Below are positions 52,202 to 54,566 of a DNA stretch of 54,566 nucleotides, in pieces. The translations under genes and the position numbers were made by a program. The first letter of the stretch is position 1. Each line of letters starts with the position of its first letter. The DNA comes from Chloroflexota bacterium (GTDB taxonomy: Bacteria; Chloroflexota; Dehalococcoidia; GIF9; UBA5629), in contig JBBIPA010000008.1 in assembly GCA_037443085.1 (NCBI GenBank), positions 1-54,566 on the forward strand, in the 5' to 3' direction. Below the pieces are notes generated by a model, which did not search any database, was not told the DNA's origin, and saw only the letters and a list, made by a program, of their open reading frames with translations.

Positions 52202-53524
52202 CTAAACGCCGTATTCTCTGGCGGCCTCTGTCATGGCATGCAGATTATCTGCCTTCCCCTTGTCAAGATTAGCTCCGCCGGTTAGTATAAAACCACCGCC
52301 TTTACCACAAACCTCGATAAGCTTACGGCAATATTCTTTGACAGCCTGGGGAGTGCCGGTAACCAGTAATGACGTGGGCACATTACCGGCGATGCAGGCG
52401 GTGTTGCCCAGGACTTGTTTGGCCCTGGCCATATCAGTCTGGTCAAATTGCCAGATTACCGCGCCCCTGGGTAGTTCTTTAATAATTTCCAGGCGTTTAT
52501 TATATTTTCCCTCGGCAAATAATAGGGGGACAATACCCTCCTCTATCAGCCCCAGGACTACTTTTTTCAGACTGGGCCAGTAGAAGGTCTCAAATTGCTT
52601 GTCAGACATAAAGACATCATCACCTTTATGCAGTGGTATAAATACTGAACAACCTCCCAAGGCATTGACCGCCGACACTGCTGACTCGATAGTTAGGGCT
52701 GTTATTCTTTCCAGAGCTTCGAGAAGTTTTTGCGGTTGCCGATACATATCCATGATTATCCCCTGCGTCCCCCTCAGGGTATCGCCGATAGTATCAAAGG
52801 GCGCCTTAACAATGCTACCCCTGAGAGACGGGAAACCAGATTTTACTGCCTCTCCTGAACAATCTCTGACCACCACCAACCATTTTGCTGTTTCTTTACC
52901 AGCCTCAACCAGTGCTTGGAAAGCTGCTTGAACATCGGGCGATGCGAGCGGTATAAAAAAGGCAAATGGTAATTCGACTATAGTAGTGAAGGGCGAGAGC
53001 TTCTTAAAAGGCTCTAATGCTCCGAATATTCGGGGTACATGAACTCTCATCCAGAAATCAGAAGGGTCGTTAATCAGTGCATCGTATTCATCTGCCTTCA
53101 TGTACTCGCCTTCAACAAACTGATATGATGGAACAGTGGATGAAAGGCCATGGCCTGGCCACTTGTATAGCTTATAATCAAGGCTTTCAAAGACCTTCCC
53201 GGGCAGCACTCCACCGGCCCCGCTGAAGGTATCCGCATCGAAGTCACGCAAAAACTTTAGCCAGGCTTGGCGGAGTTCGTCGTAATTATAGATGACATCC
53301 TGCAGAGTCTTCCCGCCATAATGAGCCGGGAAAAAACCAGCAGGCAGAATCACCGGCACCCGGTCAGGCTGTTTCAGCCTGATGGCGTTGATTAGCCTGG
53401 TTACCTTTTCCTTGTATGCTTTCTCAGCTTCCGGGCTGTTGAACTCGACATCAGGTGAAAGCCACTGTTTGAACCTTTCATCCCGCCTTTCATCAGAGGT
53501 CAAATCTGCCCATTTCCTCTCCAT
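52202..53524 (-). CDS. Uroporphyrinogen decarboxylase / MtaA-CmuA (MT2) family protein
   Basis: PDRVPV, APFD..GD.LRG, MS..QFETFYWP, CIAGNVP...GTP..V..YC and GGGFIL. Confidence 0.85.
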   Translation of the reverse strand: MERKWADLTSDERRDERFKQWLSPDVEFNSPEAEKAYKEKVTRLINAIRLKQPDRVPVILPAGFFPAHYGGKTLQDVIYNYDELRQAWLKFLRDFDADTFSGAGGVLPGKVFESLDYKLYKWPGHGLSSTVPSYQFVEGEYMKADEYDALINDPSDFWMRVHVPRIFGALEPFKKLSPFTTIVELPFAFFIPLASPDVQAAFQALVEAGKETAKWLVVVRDCSGEAVKSGFPSLRGSIVKAPFDTIGDTLRGTQGIIMDMYRQPQKLLEALERITALTIESAVSAVNALGGCSVFIPLHKGDDVFMSDKQFETFYWPSLKKVVLGLIEEGIVPLLFAEGKYNKRLEIIKELPRGAVIWQFDQTDMARAKQVLGNTACIAGNVPTSLLVTGTPQAVKEYCRKLIEVCGKGGGFILTGGANLDKGKADNLHAMTEAAREYGV

Positions 53525-53744
53525 TTTTAGTTTCTCCTTACTTATTTCTTCATCAGAAACGCTGTGCCGTGTGATGATGTGCTATGTACGATAAATTATT
53601 CCTGACGAGATGTCAATAACAAGGCTTGGATGGCATTTCTTATCGGTGATATTTTTGAAACAGTGTTGGTGGGCTGCATACCAATGAGCTAATTCGGAAG
53701 ATGGAAAATTATAACTGATATAAGTTATACTGTGTTTCTAATAT

Positions 53745-54566
53745 ATGTATTCAACCAAAGAGGCAGCTGAGAAACTCGGGTTATCCCAGGACCATATCAG
53801 GTTATTAGCTCGAAAAGGCAAGATAAAAGCCAGACGTTTAGGCCATGACTGGGTAATTTTAGACCTGGATTACACAAGGAGACGAAAACCAAAACACACG
53901 TTCAGACCACAATTCAGCCAGGCTAATCCCTCCAGTACTGTTACCGCAGTAGCAGAGATTGGTACTTTAAAGAAAAAAGCGAAAAATCAAGAGCACGATT
54001 ACCCATCATACGCCATGAAACTGCTCCGGCAGTTTCGGATATTCGACGAGGTTAGTGAAGCCGAACTGGCCCCATTAGCGGACAAAGTGGTGGTGCATCA
54101 TTTTCATAAAGGTCAGGTTCTGGCACGAGAGGGAGATAAAGCAACCTCGTTTTATCTAATTGGGAAAGGCATGATAAGGGTAGCCAAAATTACTCCAGGT
54201 GGCAAGCAGGTCACTATTGCCATGCGTTATGGAGGTGAATTTTTTGGACTGATGCCTGCTATCAAAGGGATACCCCATTTTGCTACCACGATTGCTATTG
54301 GTGATACTGACGTGTTAGCTATACGACGGAAGGATTTCTTGGATTTCGGAGCAAGGAATCCCTCTATCTGGTTTAAAATGCTTGAGATGGAAGTAAAAAG
54401 ACTGAACGACATATATAACAGGTTTGTCAATATCATCTCAGAAAGTGCCTCTCAGCGTGTTTCCCAGGTACTTATCGCTTTGTGTTCCAGGTATGGGAAT
54501 ACCCTGCACTTTACCCACCAGGAGATTGCCGATATGACCGGCGTTACGTTAGAAACTACAACACGG
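53745..54566 (+). CDS. Excisionase-like HTH_17 domain fused to a Crp/Fnr regulator (partial, runs off the window; absent from the ORF track)
   Basis: One open frame: MYSTKEAAEKLGLSQDHIRLLARKGKIKARRLGHDW...IFDEVSEAEL...REGD...FYLI.KG...GEFFG...FTHQEIADMTGVTLETTTR. Confidence 0.85.
   Translation, partial: MYSTKEAAEKLGLSQDHIRLLARKGKIKARRLGHDWVILDLDYTRRRKPKHTFRPQFSQANPSSTVTAVAEIGTLKKKAKNQEHDYPSYAMKLLRQFRIFDEVSEAELAPLADKVVVHHFHKGQVLAREGDKATSFYLIGKGMIRVAKITPGGKQVTIAMRYGGEFFGLMPAIKGIPHFATTIAIGDTDVLAIRRKDFLDFGARNPSIWFKMLEMEVKRLNDIYNRFVNIISESASQRVSQVLIALCSRYGNTLHFTHQEIADMTGVTLETTTR

Noticed and set aside
52202-53524. True hemE
   Set aside because: The protein is much longer than HemE, lacks the MRQAGR motif and has no hem context; it is left as UroD/MT2 family.
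1-54566. CRISPR array, rRNA, intact integrase/transposase or prophage
   Set aside because: I saw no regularly spaced repeats with unique spacers, no cas genes, no rRNA-like sequence and no full-length recombinase or phage structural ORF.

Overview
Anaerobic bacterial chromosome segment, most consistent with class Dehalococcoidia (Chloroflexota); this is inferred from gene content and synteny, not from a marker gene. From left to right it carries: larA, oadB and oadG; a convergent menK / menG-menA quinone-tailoring set next to a cytoplasmic two-subunit Mo/W-bisPGD oxidoreductase; two archaeal-type glmU paralogs plus glmS; a MazF/RHH toxin-antitoxin pair; an AOR-MoaD-MoeB operon followed by a reductase-adenylation fusion; a 3.1 kb insert bounded by a 76 bp duplication of the 3' end of a PIF1-WYL helicase gene; a single GNAT gene bounded by att-like sites at the 3' end of a Val-Leu-Arg(GCG)-Val tRNA operon; a KamA / 2x ATP-grasp / 2x GNAT / M20 cluster; a two-component system; a decayed HicAB pair; a GltD/NfnB-MvhD fusion with metV-metF; tandem non-canonical LDH/MDH genes; an OYE flavoenzyme; a UroD/MtaA-family protein; and a truncated HTH_17-Crp/Fnr fusion. 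Three families of short intergenic palindromic repeats occur. I saw no rRNA, CRISPR array, or intact integrase/transposase. All calls come from reading motifs by eye; no searches were run.
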